The translations under genes and the position numbers were made by a program. Source: Pavona decussata (taxonomy: Eukaryota). From it: a stretch of 64,000 bases of DNA. Shown here piece by piece: positions 26,088 through 39,289 of this stretch. The notes under the pieces are model-generated. The model was not told where the DNA came from. It saw only the letters and a program-made list of their open reading frames with translations, and searched no databases. Position 1 is the first letter of the stretch, and the number at the start of each line of letters is the position of its first letter. Location: the NCBI GenBank assembly GCA_977016875.1, contig CDRNST010000101.1:310001-374000 (forward strand), written 5' to 3'.

Positions 26088-27647
26088 ATGGCGAATATTG
26101 ACCAGTTCCAAGAACTTTGTTCATGCTTTTCTGAAATTCACTTGTATTGGTGGAATAGGATGGCTGAAATTGGAAGGAGAACTACAAGCATGGCCGATAT
26201 GGGTCCGCGTTCTGTCGCCGTCAGTGGAGCAGGAAGACGACGATTTGTAATTGCGCAGGAACTTTTGGAAAACTTGAGAAGCCTAGGTTGCACTTGGATA
26301 CAAATAGCTCGCATGCTGTTTATTTCCCGATGGACCATTCAACAGAGAGTGGTGGAGTACGGATTAAACTGTGGAAGGTGGTCCGATATAAATGACGATC
26401 AACTAGACACTATCATAAGAGGATACATTTCACGCCATGGGGTAACTACAGGGCAATTCTATATCATAGAACATATACGGTCTTTGGGGTACCTTGACAA
26501 CGGCATCGAGTGCGCGCTGCCATTAATAGAGTCAATCCCGCAAACACTGCCCTGCAATGGGCAGCAGTCATAACACGCAGAGTTTACAGTGTGCTGTGGC
26601 TTAATTCCTTGTGGCATATTGATGAACACCACAGGGGCCATGGGGCTTTGTGATTCATGGATGTATCGATGGGTTCTCAAGAATGATTACCTTCCTGAAG
26701 TGTTCAACCAACTATTGGTCTGATACCGTTATGCATTCATTTGAAAATGCCGCTATCCAGTATGGCGTGCCATCTCGTGTCCGTGGTGATCATGGAGGTG
26801 AAAATGTGTTGGTTGCCCAATTTATGATCCAAGAGAGGGGTGAAGGGAGGGGAAGCTTTATTGCAGGACCCTCTATGCGGAATCAAAGAATTGAACATCT
26901 CTGGAGGGATGTGTTCAGGTGTGTATCCTTCCTCTTCTATGGAGTATGCACTAGAAGAGGGAGTGTACTTACACACGAACAATGTCACTGAAATGTTTCT
27001 CTTGCACTATGTATTTCTGCCAAGAATTAATTTCGCTCTTGATGAATTCTGCAGTGCATCAAATTTGCGACCAGTAAGAACTGAACACAACTGGTCTCCG
27101 AATAGGATGTGGGCAAATGGTATGATCAACCGGCACTATACAGGTCCCACATCGAATGAGCCAACACCCTCCAACATGGAATATTATGGAAATGATCCTG
27201 AGGGGCCAACACCACTGGAGGAGCATGGGTCAGTGGTTGTTGATGACATTTTTAACCCCCTTGATGAAAATGTGTTTGAAGAATTTGGTCACCTTGTTAA
27301 TCCGTTAGCTGAGTCAGAAAGCTTTGGCATAGACATATACAGCTATTTCAATTAATGTTGTCGGATTAAAATCAAGCTAAAAGACAAGACCGCAATGTTT
27401 TGTGGGATTATTTTTTATGAATAATTTCATCAAAATCATCCCTGCATGTGCAGGTCATTGTACTGCTAATTACAACCTATTGTTTTCTCCAGGCATGACT
27501 GATTTTGATGAATTTGTTCATAAAAATCCCACGTAAACTTTTGGTCTTGTCTTTTAGCTTCATGCTTTGAACCGACAACGTTAATTGAAATAGCTGTATA
27601 TCAGAGCCCTTGAAACCCTAAGTGAAATTCAAGAAAGGGATACCTGA
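26088..27647 (+). pseudogene. Integrase-like DDE transposase (IS3EU-type) with N-terminal HTH, frameshifted
   Basis: LGCTWIQIARMLFISRWTI (HTH); WHID, IHGCIDGFSR, PSRVRGDHGGEN, NQRIEHLWRDV; removing the MITE restores the ending ..DIYIRALETLSEIQERDT*. Confidence 0.85.
27340..27596. mobile_element. Tc1/mariner-type foldback MITE
   Basis: About 105-bp TIRs CAGCTATTTCAATTAA.. / ..TTAATTGAAATAGCTG; TA TSD. Confidence 0.88.
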
Positions 27648-28140
27648 ACTGATGGAACGATTTTCCTGTTCAACCAGAACTTAAAATGGGCATGAAGTGA
27701 CTTTACGTTCCAATGTTTTTAACAAACTGATCAAGTCTGCATTTTTATACACCCCCACCCCCCCATCCCTCAGTGAGGAACATGGGAAATACAGCCATGA
27801 ACAATAAAAACAAATATTTTGCAGTAATTTCTATTTTAATAGACTGGTAAATCCCATTACTAGACTGCGAAAATCTGCACTTTTGGTGTTTTGTGAGTTT
27901 CTGCTTCTCTGAATCGAGCATCTCTCAGCATGAGATATAACAAGTCAACTACATCTATGAGTGATCAACACATAATCACATAATTTGGGCAAATATTAAC
28001 AACATGTATTCTATTTATGGAACCGTTCAACGTGAGGACTGGATGGTAAATCAGTTGTAAGCATACAAGGTATGATCACTTATGATCACCGTGACTACAA
28101 ACAAAAGACCAGAAAACTGCTATATCAACTACCAATAATG

Positions 28141-30416
28141 CTAAACAGTATTAAAAGACTTTCCATCCGATGTATCATCAATGACTGCTTTCAATACCAT
28201 CTCAAACTCTGAGTACGAGTTAAATCTTCCGGGCAGCTCAAGCTGATGCAAACAGGTGGATGAAAAAATTGTTCCATCCACACTGAATGACACAGTGATA
28301 TTTCTGCCTTCTATTCATGCCGCAGGAATTGACTCGTATCCTGTCAGAAAACGCATGAAAGACTTCAGATCTGCAAGACAATGAATTTTTTGTGGTCTTC
28401 TACTTGTACTGTAACAAAATGGATTTCGTAGTTAAGTCCGTTGCGAATTTGTGCGAAAACCCTTGTTATAGACCAGATGTGAACTCGATGAAATACCAGA
28501 AGTACTTTTCAAAATCCACTTTGTTCTAATCTCACGTAGCTCATTAAATTGCCCTTTTAAAACGAGCAATCTTTGAATAATACTCAGATTTCAGTAATAG
28601 GTTGGGGTTCGGAACAAGAATTTTAGAACTAGCACTTGAATTTGCAACACAAAGCAATAAATAGGTGTAAAAAACTTTTAGTTCATCAAACTCATTTTCA
28701 CTGTTTTCTGGTGCACCCTCACCATAATTTTATAAGTCAGAGTAGAACATTTTCTCTCTCATTTTCTCATCCAAGAAAAATAAAACAGCATCCAGTGTAC
28801 ATGTACCTGTCTTGCTGCACTCATCTAGGAATTGGAAAAGATAGTCCCATATCTTGTGATGCTCATCAGAGAGGGGACTTTTTGGTTTCATCAGACAAAT
28901 GATAGCATCAGCATCTAGTGCTTCAGCATTGTAAACAAAAAGAGGCTCAAAAAGTAATGGATCCTTCTCTACAGCAGGGAGTACTTTGGAACTCATCAAA
29001 CCAATACACAACTGGTCCAACAACACCTTTTTGCAGTTCAGTACATGGTGTAATAGAAGTGACTGCAGGATCAGGTTTCTGTTGTCATCCTAACAATTGG
29101 AATAATAAAGGTGTCACATTATCTGTTAAGGCTTCTATGATTAGCAATGCTTATATTTAGAGATTTACAAAAACTTTTGTTTAGTAAGCAACTCAATTTC
29201 ACAATCTTCTGAAGCATTAGCGAATAAAATAGGTGCTCAACAAAGAAGTTAAAAAACCAATATAACCCTGGGGCACTGTCACAGGGCTCACAGGAGATTT
29301 CCAGTATTTAGGTCAATTCTGTGTGAAAATTGTTATCATGTAAGGAGAGGATCAAATACAAGAAATGTGTCTACTTATTCTCATTTTCCTTTAACCAAGA
29401 ATGAAACAACAACTGTGAATGGTACGGTAGTTATACTATTACCAGTCCACACTTATTGAAACCAATGTCATGATGCCACATTCATCACAGAAGGAAATAA
29501 ATCCTGAGTCCTGTTTTAGATCTTGTAGTTCAAGTGACGTAGCACCAGCCAGCTATACGATAATAAATATTGAGTTACATGAATTCCCATCAGAACCCAT
29601 TTCAAACTACTGTACACCTCCCAAAAAAGTACATGTAGTACCCCTGCCCCATCTCCCCTCAAAGTGACATTCGTGACGGTCAGCTTGGGACGGCGGAGGG
29701 CAATTTGAAGTGGAGGAACTGGAAAGCGTAGGGGGTTGGGAGGGGGGAGTGCCAGTTGGTTGAAAAGCTATGAAGCACCCAGAATGAATCGAAGAACATG
29801 TAAATGTCATTTTTGAAAGGGGATTTTGGACAAGTGGAGGGGCTAAATTCATCCTCGGTTCTACGCCTTCACTGTCTCTTTATTTCGGAAACTGTTTGGT
29901 AGTGTTATCTGTTACTCAAACGTACCTTCTCCATGTGTTCCTTTGCCACTTCATCTCTAACATCATCAACTGTAGCATAACACAGGCTTTTGTCGACATC
30001 ACCAGTTGCAATGTACCAGTAGACTGGGGGAGCAAAGTAAGGAAACCTGACGGAATATTGTAGAATACTATTTCCTATTAATCGCCCAAGAACCTCAAAA
30101 AGGCCTGAATGTACCGAGGTGCTGTTATAGGCAGGAAGTTTCCTATGATCACTTCCTTCCAATAATCTGAAACTAGCAGATGTTGCTATGGCTTTTGTGG
30201 CATCATTGAAAAACTGCCGACGGACTCCACCAACATCAATAGCTGGCTGGTTCTTATACTGCACTCTAATACGCTGTGAAGCATCAAAACGTTTGGGATC
30301 CTTGTAGTAGGCAATTGTATCTGCTATAAGGTCATCTGGGTCAATGGTGAGTTTAACTTCTGGACCTGTAAGTATCTTGGCTTCCAGCCTTTGTAGGACT
30401 TCAGCAAGAGTGACTG
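28141..30416 (-). pseudogene. HECT-domain E3 ubiquitin ligase (G2E3-like), 3' exons
   Basis: Exons at about 29926-30416, 29443-29552, 28807-29090 and 28141-28372 with GT/AG borders; AIDVGGVRRQFF, FMRFLTG, catalytic STCLHQLELP, terminal FNTV*; one in-frame TGA at about 28315. Confidence 0.85.
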
Positions 30417-30857
30417 CTAAAAGAAACAAAATATATATGCAGCATTCATAAATTGCCGACTTGTAATGTTTTGATGGTCTATGTTTCCAAAGACGTTTTT
30501 GATATCAGTTTATTAAGCACTGCAAAATATTTATAAATTTGGGTGTTTTTGGTTTAATGATTTCAGAGTTATGGTTTATTCTATTTCAAGACATTTGTAT
30601 GCGGAGAAATGACAACCTAGCCTACCAAGTCTCGTTTTCATGTTTTTGTCAAAATTGAAATGCGTATAATTTCTCCTCGAATATGAATATGGCCCTAAAG
30701 CTACAAATTATGACTCATTTGTTCTTCAATCCCTTCTTGAGTTGTAGTCATTCTAATTGTCTCAAAACATCAAGGCACAAGGCAGCCATTTATCAATATG
30801 CTGTATTATTAATATTATTAATCACTAAACATAAGAAGGTCTTCTGCTACATCACCC

Positions 30858-33800
30858 TGTTTAGTTTCAAAATGAACAAACTTGGACTTGACTTTGTTTA
30901 CGTTTTATTTTTATTTCACATTTCGTGACCGTAACATAAAGTAGCGAGTATTTTGATCATGTGATCTTAGTGAGTTTTCAGCGAAGCACGTGCTTGAATG
31001 TGTGTTGAGAATCTTCGCAGTTTATAAGCAAGTCGTCGTTTAAATCCGCACAAAATGTAAGTTTCTTTGCACCTTTAGTTTGTCTTTCGCCTTTTCTTTA
31101 AGTTTATTTTGTATTGTCCTTTATTTTCTTTAGTTTTCACCGGTAGTGACAATGTTGTGAAATCGCTCGCCATGATGCTGTAAACAAGTAAATGCAGAGA
31201 TACAGGAGAATAGAGTGTTAACAACCCAACCGCGTCGAATTATTTGTGCAAACCCAACATTGTGAAAAATTTTTGGTTAGCAAGACGACGATTTGAAGGA
31301 CATTGCCGTTTGCTCGGCTTTTGCGAGAAGTAATGGACCCCTCGAGTGGTGGCATTGGAGAGTCCAAAACTAGTGGACCGGACCGCGGGACTGAGGATCG
31401 AGGAACTGGCCGGATTGAATCAGGTGGGGAAATTAATTTAATGGGCCTTGGAACAAACCTAATGGCTAACACAAATGAAGATTTTCCTGTTGACATCGGG
31501 GTCGCTGCCTTTGCATTACCTCCTGAGGTCTTAAGGCCCCCGCTAGCTCGAGGAGCCTTTGGTTACTCACTACGTCAAAATCCCCTTCCAAATACTCAAA
31601 TAGATTTTAGTGAAGTCATCCGTCAGCGAGAAATAAGTGAGCAGCACAGACTAGCATCTTCTTGGAACAAAATCGCTGACTATGTTGCAACTGAAACTCA
31701 GCAATTACGTACATGTCTCTACACTAATTGGGACGTCCTATCTGCTGGTCAAATGGTAGAAAGTGTCACTCGTGCTTGGAAATCCTTTGAGGAAATTCAT
31801 TCAAGGTATCTTCCGTGCATAAATCAGAGGAAACGTCTACAAGAGGTCGAAGAAAGGTTCAGATCCCTAAAGGAGACAGTTATAAGCTTATTTGAGCAAG
31901 AAGAGCGAATGCGAACGGATCACGAAGCCCCCAAACATGACGAAATTTCTGTCAAAAGTGAGAAGTCACAAGGCAGCTCTGTGTCGTCTAAGGCATCATC
32001 TCGTAAGAAAGAGAAGCTAAGAGCCGCGCTTCTGGCTAAGAAGAAAGTGGAGCTAGCAAAACGAAGAGCTGAAGAAGATGCTGAGCTGGCCAGGCAAAAG
32101 GTACAAATGGAATTGAGGCGATTGGAGGACGAGGCTGCTTTAGCCGAACTGGACTGGAAGATCGAAAGGGACTATGATGAAGAAACTGGTCAGCTTGAGA
32201 CCGTCGACGAAATTGAGAAAACACACCTCAACAGCTGCGAAGGTCCACCCAAAGGTTCCGAGTCAGAAAGGCAAGAGCTTCCAAAGTCAACCTCACGTAA
32301 GACCGAGAAAACCTTGGGCATCTCACCTGTAGATCACCCTACCCCCTCTGATAAAATACCAACATCCTCCAAGTCGGTTCATTTGCCCAGTTACTCCACT
32401 GTAGAAGAGTCTAAAAGGGAGGTGCCGCATGTCTCCAACCATACACCCATACAACACTCGCCTCAAGGTTTATTTCAGTCCAGGACAAAGCCTGATCCAG
32501 ACACCAGAAGAGAGGAGACCACCCCAAAGGACCACGTTGCAGCCAAGGTGGAAGGTTCAACTGCTAAATGGCATTACGCCTACACAGTTTAATGGGAATC
32601 CAGCCGACTTCCCTTTCTTTCGAGAGCAGACCCGCACTCATCTTGAGAGTGAACTTCTAACCGATGTGCAGCGAATCGAGTACCTGCCAAAGTTTCTGAA
32701 AGGTGAAGCTCTGGAAGTCATCGAACGAAACAGAGGCTGCTCCTACAAAGACCTCATAAAGACTCTAGAGGATCGTTTCGGTAAACCCATCCAAGTTTCA
32801 CAAGCCTGCATTGACGGTTTGGTATCTGGTCCCAAGCTTGCCCCAGGGGACAATGTGAGTTTACTGAACTTTGCTGAGAAGCTGAATGCAGCGACAAAGA
32901 TCCTGAAAGGTGATGTTGAGCATGAGGCTAGTGTGGCTACCAACCTGAGGAGAATTGTAAGCAGACTTCCGAACGACCTTGTTGCAAAGTGGCAAACTGA
33001 AAATTATGAGATCGTAAATCGTGGCAGGTCCGCTCGCTTACAGGATATCGCAAAATTTGTTATGAGACAAGCGTCGATAAGAAACGACCCAATCTTTGGG
33101 CCACAGAGGCAAAGGAGGGAGAATAGCGAAGACAAGGATACCCGGAATTCATCCAGGATTAAGAAACCACCACCTCCCAGGGACTCTACTATTTCATCAA
33201 CTAAAATTGAAAGGCCACCAGAACCTCCCAGGGACTCCACAGTACCACCTGCTAAATCTGAAAGGCCCCCAGAGCCAGGAAATCACATCAAATGCTCAAT
33301 CTGCAAATCCACACCCCATCGTCTGCAGGATTGCCCAATCATTAAGCAGTGCGATCAAGTAGCAGTAAGGCGACAGTATGCAGCCTCCTACGGGTTCTGC
33401 TTTAACTGTGGTTGTCACAATCCAACCCATAGTGGCACTACTTGTCCGGATCCCCCAGCCTGCTCCAAGTGTCCTGGGCATCATCTGACACTTTTACACA
33501 AGGAAAACAGCAATGGACGTCGTTTCCGGCCGAGAACCAATAATGGCGTAAGCAGTAATCACAACCAAGCAAATTCCCGTTCTGCTACGGTACCTCCACA
33601 GCAACAAAGCATGGGATCTGGTGCAGCACCACAAACCACCAACATCCATCAGGCCTCAGTGAGCACGACAGAGGTTTTTGCCCCGCAAGGTCGAGTCCTG
33701 TTAAATGTGGTTCCTGTGACTATCACGGCTGAGGATGGCAATTCCCTTTCCACGTACGGGTTTCTAGATAATGGCTGCACTGACACTCTTATTGATCGTC

Positions 33801-36800
33801 AGCTTGCGGATCAGCTTAATCTGGAAGCAACTTTGCAACGAATTGGCATCAAGACTATCAGGAGAAGTGAGGAATCAATAGAAAGTGAACGGGTGTCGTT
33901 CACCCTCGGTCCCATGGATGGGTGCGGTAGAGATATTGAAGTCAATGAAGCCTACGTACTCCCAGATCTCAATCAGTCAGGGCAGATTTTACCGGATTCT
34001 GTTGACGTTTCGAAGTATCCACACCTGCAAGACCTGACATTCCCAGAAGTTGACATTAAGCGAGTATCCATAATCATAGGAAGCAATGTACCTGCTGCCC
34101 ATTTGCAAGATGAAGTCAGGGTCCCACCAGACAACAACGGTCCTTTTGGTTACCGTTTTCCGCTTGGCTGGAGTATTGCAGGGCCTTTAACTTGCGGCGA
34201 CAAAGGGAAAACATCAGTCAACTTCGTTTCGGTGGGCATGGAAGATCAGATAGAACGCTTCTGGAATATTGAGGATTACGGAGCCTCAAAGTCAGATGAT
34301 AAGCCACTGTCAATCGAGGACAAGCGAGCCTTAAAAATCCTTGAGGACACAACAAGAATCGTAGATGGCCATTATGAAGTCGGTCTCTTGTGGAAAGAAG
34401 ATCAGCCGCAACTACCAAACAACCGTACTCTAGCTGAAAAACGAGTCGAACTGCTAAGACGCCGGCTAACAAAACCAGGAAATGAGGAAATGGCTGCAAA
34501 GTACAGAGCAGTTATGACTGAGTACATATCAAAGGGATATGCCCGCAAGCTTACCACTGAAGAAGCAGCTAAAGAGAGCTCACACACCTGGTATTTACCC
34601 CATCATCCAGTGATGAACCCGAACAAACCTGGGAAACTTCGCATAGTCTTTGATGCTGCAGCAGAGTATGAAGGCACATCACTTAACAAAAGTCTTCTCC
34701 AAGGCCCAGACGTGACCAATAGCCTCGTTGGAGTACTGCTACGCTTTCGCCAAGGGAAGGTTGGCCTAGCTGCCGATGTGGAGGCAATGTTCCATCAGGT
34801 GCGCGTCCGCAAAGAAGATCAAGATGCTCTGCGTTTCCTATGGTGGACTAACGACTACAGTCAGCGTCCAGACGTTTATGTTATGGAGGTACACATCTTC
34901 GGGGCCACTTCATCCCCATGTGTTGCCAACTCTGTCCTGAGGAGAACTGCCACTGATAACTCAAAGAAATTCAGTCCAGAAGTTGCAGCAGTTGTTGAGA
35001 AGAACTTCTATGTCGACGACGCGCTACCGTCGTTTAGCAGCAACACCTTAGCAACCAGAATGGCAACAGACCTCGCCGAAATGTTAGATCATGGTGGCTT
35101 TCGCCTTACGAAGTTCATGTCCAACAGCAAAGAAGTTTTGTCCTCGATTCCTGTCCAAAGAAGAGCTACACCAAACCTGGACTAAGGCTAGATGAATTGC
35201 CGGTGGAGAGGGCACTGGGTGTTCGTTGGTTTGTCGAGACTGATGAACTGGGGTTCGAGATCAAGAACCTGAACCGTCCTGAGACAAAGCGTGGAATCCT
35301 GTCTGCTGTCTGTTCATTGTACGACCCACTCGGATTTGTTGGGCCCGTAGCACTCACAGCAAGAGCTCTTATACAGGACATATGGAAGGCAAAGCTAGAC
35401 TGGGACCAGCCATTGGAAGAACACTTCTTAAAGAGATGGAGATCTTGGACCACACAGCTGCCCTCCTTGTCCGAGCTCCGTATCCCACGCTACTACTTCC
35501 CTCCTGGAGTGGACCCGAAGAAATGCAGACTTCAGTTACATGTCTTCTCAGATGCCTCCGAAGTTGGATATGGCGCATCAGCATACCTGAGGATTGTAGA
35601 TCCAGATGACTCCATCCATTGCTCGTTTGTCATGGGAAAGGCAAGAAATGCTCCCATCAAGTTCACTAGCATCCCAAGGCTTGAATTGCAAGCAGCTGTC
35701 CTTGCCACGCGCCTAAACAAGATGTTGAGAGAAGAGCTCGATCTGCTCATACAGCAAACTAAGTACTGGACAGATAGCGAAATAGTGCTTCACTACCTGA
35801 AGAATGAGAAGCGCCGATTCCAAACCTATGTCGCCAATCGTGTGGAAGAGATTAGAGAAAACTCACATCCTAATGACTGGAATCATGTACCAGGTGCCTT
35901 AAACCCAGCTGATGATGTCTCCCGTGGCTTGAACCCTTCAGATCTGAAATTTAAGCAACGCTGGTTACGAGGACCAGAATTTCTTTGGCAGCCAGAATCC
36001 CTCTGGCCCACTGCAGACTGTAAGGAAGTCCCGGACGAAGCTTTAGAATTGAAGAAAGAAGGGCACGCCAATCATGTTGATGTAAGCATCCATTCTGTTG
36101 CTCAACGGACAGACTCCTCTGCATTGAGCCCGCTGAGCGTAACGGCCAAAGATGTCATGGATCGCATATTGAACAGTTGTTCTGATTGGAACTGGCTAAG
36201 ACGTCGGGTTGCTTGGCTTATCCGCTTCGTCCATTTTCTTCGCAATCGAAAGACTACCCAGAGGGGCCACCTGACCCTTGAAGATTATGATGCAGCTACT
36301 ATAGCCATCACGAGAATCGTTCAACTTTCTGCCTATCCTCAAGAAATTAAAGACCTAAAGGCCAAAGGTGCAGTGAGGCCGTCCAGCAGTATAGTTGCCC
36401 TGGACCCAATGCTTGATGACCATGGCGTTCTGAGAGTTGAAGGCCGCATAGTAAATCCACCCGTCGCTGATGCTGCTAGGAACCAAGCAATTCTACCGAG
36501 AGACCATCCCATAACAGCAGTGATTGTTCGCCATGTTCATGAGTCAATTGGCCACTTGGGGCACGAGCACCTCATATCAAGGGTGCGTGAGAAGCTGTGG
36601 ATCCCTCAGATTAGAGTTCTTGTCCGTTCCATCCTTGGGCGATGCCTTCGTTGTAAAAGGTTGAATGCCAGACAAATAGTTCAGCAAATGGCACCCCCTC
36701 CAAGAAGCCGCATGATGGCTTACCAGCCTCCGTTCTCGTACTCGGGAATGGATCTGTTTGGTCCCCTCCAAGTGAAGCATTGCAGAGGTATGGCAAAGCG

Positions 36801-38096
36801 CTGGTGTTGCCTGTTCACATGTCTGAATACTCGTGCTGTTCACCTCGAATTAGTCCAGTCAATGAACACAGATGACTTCATAATGTGCCTAAGGAGATTC
36901 ATCAATCGCCGTGGAGAGGTTTCAGAATTAAGATGTGATAGAGGATCCAACTTTGTAGGAGCGGAACGAGAACTGAGAGAAGAGATCAAGCAGTGGGATC
37001 AGCAGAAAATTGACCGTGAGCTACTTCAGCGTGGATGCAAGTGGATTTTCCAGCCGCCAACTGCCTCTAGCATGTCAGGAATTTGGGAACGTCTTGTGCG
37101 CAGTGCTAAGACTGTCCTGAAGGCAATCCTTGGAACCCAAATGGTCTCTGAGCCGGTCCTCCAAACCCTTCTGACGGAAGTTGAGCGAGTACTAAATGGT
37201 CGGGCTCTGACAGCTAATTCTGATGACCCGAATGACCTCCAGCCACTCACGCCTGCGCACTTCCTGATGCAAAGGAAAACAATCTGCCTTCGTCCAGGTG
37301 TGTTTCAACCGGCGGACCAGTACAGAAGGAAATGGAAGCAAGTTCAATTCCTTGCCGACCTGTTTTGGAAGAGTTGGTTGCGCGAATATTTGCCGACACT
37401 GCAAGTTCGAGGGAAATGGCACAGAGCCCTACCTAACCTGAAGCCAAACGCCTTGGTTTTGTTGATGGATGACAGTGCACCTAGAGGGTATTGGAGTCTG
37501 GGCCGAGTTCTGGAGGTCTACCCTGGCTCTGACGGGATGGTGAGGACGGTTAAGGTCAAGACTAAAGACTCTGTCTATATTCGGCCGATCCAGAGGCTGT
37601 GCCTTCTGGAAAATGACCCTGATAGTGCTAAAGCTTTAACTGTGAACTAGAGACGTTGGGCGTCCTAAGTCGGATCGTCCCAAGGCGGGCGGAATGTTTA
37701 GTTTCAAAATGAACAAACTTGGACTTGACTTTGTTTACGTTTTATTTTTATTTCACATTTCGTGACCGTAACATAAAGTAGCGAGTATTTTGATCATGTG
37801 ATCTTAGTGAGTTTTCAGCGAACCACGTTCTTGAATGTGTGTTGAGAATCTTCGCAGTTTATAAGCAAGTTGTCGTTTAAATCCGCACAAAATGTAAGTT
37901 TCTTTGCACCTTTAGTTTGTCTTTCGCCTTGTCTTTAAGTTTATTTTGTATTGTCCTTTATTTTCTTTAGTTTTCACCGGTAGTGACAATGTAGTGAAAT
38001 CGCTCGCCATGATGCTGTGAACAAGAAAATGCAGAGATACAGGAGAATAGAGTGTTAACAACCCAACCGCGTCGAATTATTTGTGCAAACCCAACA
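30858..38096 (+). mobile_element. Full-length BEL/Pao LTR retrotransposon in an intron of the HECT gene
   Basis: 402-bp LTRs at 30858-31259 and 37695-38096 (about 7 differences); TSD CACCC; PPT AAGGCGGGCGGAA. Confidence 0.97.
31333..37650 (+). pseudogene. BEL/Pao gag-pol polyprotein (two frameshifts)
   Basis: DUF1759-like gag, Cys/His knuckles, protease FLDNGCT, RT YVDD, Pao RNase H FSDASEVGYG, integrase with ERLV, DUF5641-like tail; breaks at about 32550 and 35183. Confidence 0.93.
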
Positions 38097-38351
38097 CACC
38101 CATGCTGCAAATTTACCTTTCAAGCGATACTGAAGGCCACTGGCACAAAGCAGTACCTTGTCCCCCGCAATATCCTGGAAATTTAATCTTTTCATCTTAA
38201 ACAAACTGTTTCTCCTGGCTTGTTTCTTGAAACAGCTGATATTTTAGGTATCTTATCACAAAACTTACCCGTCTTATAAAAAATATCCACACAGTTTGAA
38301 TTATGTATTTTTAGTCAGTGACAGGCATAATAAAAAAAAAAACGTTTCTAA

Positions 38352-38412
38352 CAACAGGAGTTTAACCTATGACCTCCCAGTTTATGGTCCAGATGCTCTA
38401 CCACTGAGCTAT
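38352..38412 (-). mobile_element. tRNA-derived SINE head
   Basis: TAGCTCAGTGGTAGAGC A-box and GGTTAAACTCC degenerate B-box. Confidence 0.6.
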
Positions 38413-38565
38413 AGTAGGCTCATGAGAGCTAGCTAGGCCATTATAATAGGTTCATGTGACAAAAAGGTGTGCCTTCTTCTCTGGAAAGAGCTTACATCAT
38501 CGAATACAGTACTACACATAACTTTACAGGCACCAATGTTCATGTGCAAATTTTAGTTTGTTAAC

Positions 38566-38693
38566 CTTTTTTCATTTCCACTGTTCAGTACCGCATCAAT
38601 AGCTTCTTGAAGATCCAAGGAATCCTTGATCACTTCCCTTAGGAAAGCTTCCTCATGTTGTGGAAACATTTGACGAAGACATCTAAAGTCACC
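38566..38693 (-). CDS. CUE-like ubiquitin-binding exon, probable upstream exon of the HECT gene
   Basis: LRQMFPQHEEAFLREVIKDSLDLQEAIDAVL fits the CUE MFP...LL pattern; CTGCAG acceptor and GTTAA donor. Confidence 0.65.
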
Positions 38694-39289
38694 CTGCAGT
38701 AATTTGTACATATATTGCAGACAATTATTCTGATTAACAAAAAGCAAATTTAGCATGAACAACTTTATCAGCTGATAGTTGAAACTTCGCTTAAATGTTC
38801 CTTTGTGCCTGGAGAGAATGTTCAGACATGGTAGGTATATGCTGTATAAAGAAGAAAGAAGAGAACTCAGCTCTAAAAAATTCACAAAATGCTTAAACTC
38901 TGTTCATAGTATTTGAGATCTGCTTAGCTCAAAGCATGAATCTTTTACATATGCATGCTATCAAAAGACAAACCAATAAAAAGAAGACATTTAATCAGCA
39001 GTTCTAACTAGAAACTAACTCACTTTTTGACTGAGTTAGGTAGGGGCAGACGGGAAAATATTTGGCTCTCGGTCATGGCGCATGGACCTCGCTGCCCTCG
39101 GCCCATTCGCCATGACCTCGAGCCAAATATTTCCGGTCCGACCTTATCACTCAGCCAATATGTACATATTATGAATGGGCTGGATTATTTGTCACACAAT
39201 CTTTTTATTTTTACCTGAAAGCAACTGGATTCTCTGTAAATCCAACAGCTCCTCCAGTAGTCTTTACTTTCTTTTTTCCTGCTCATGTG

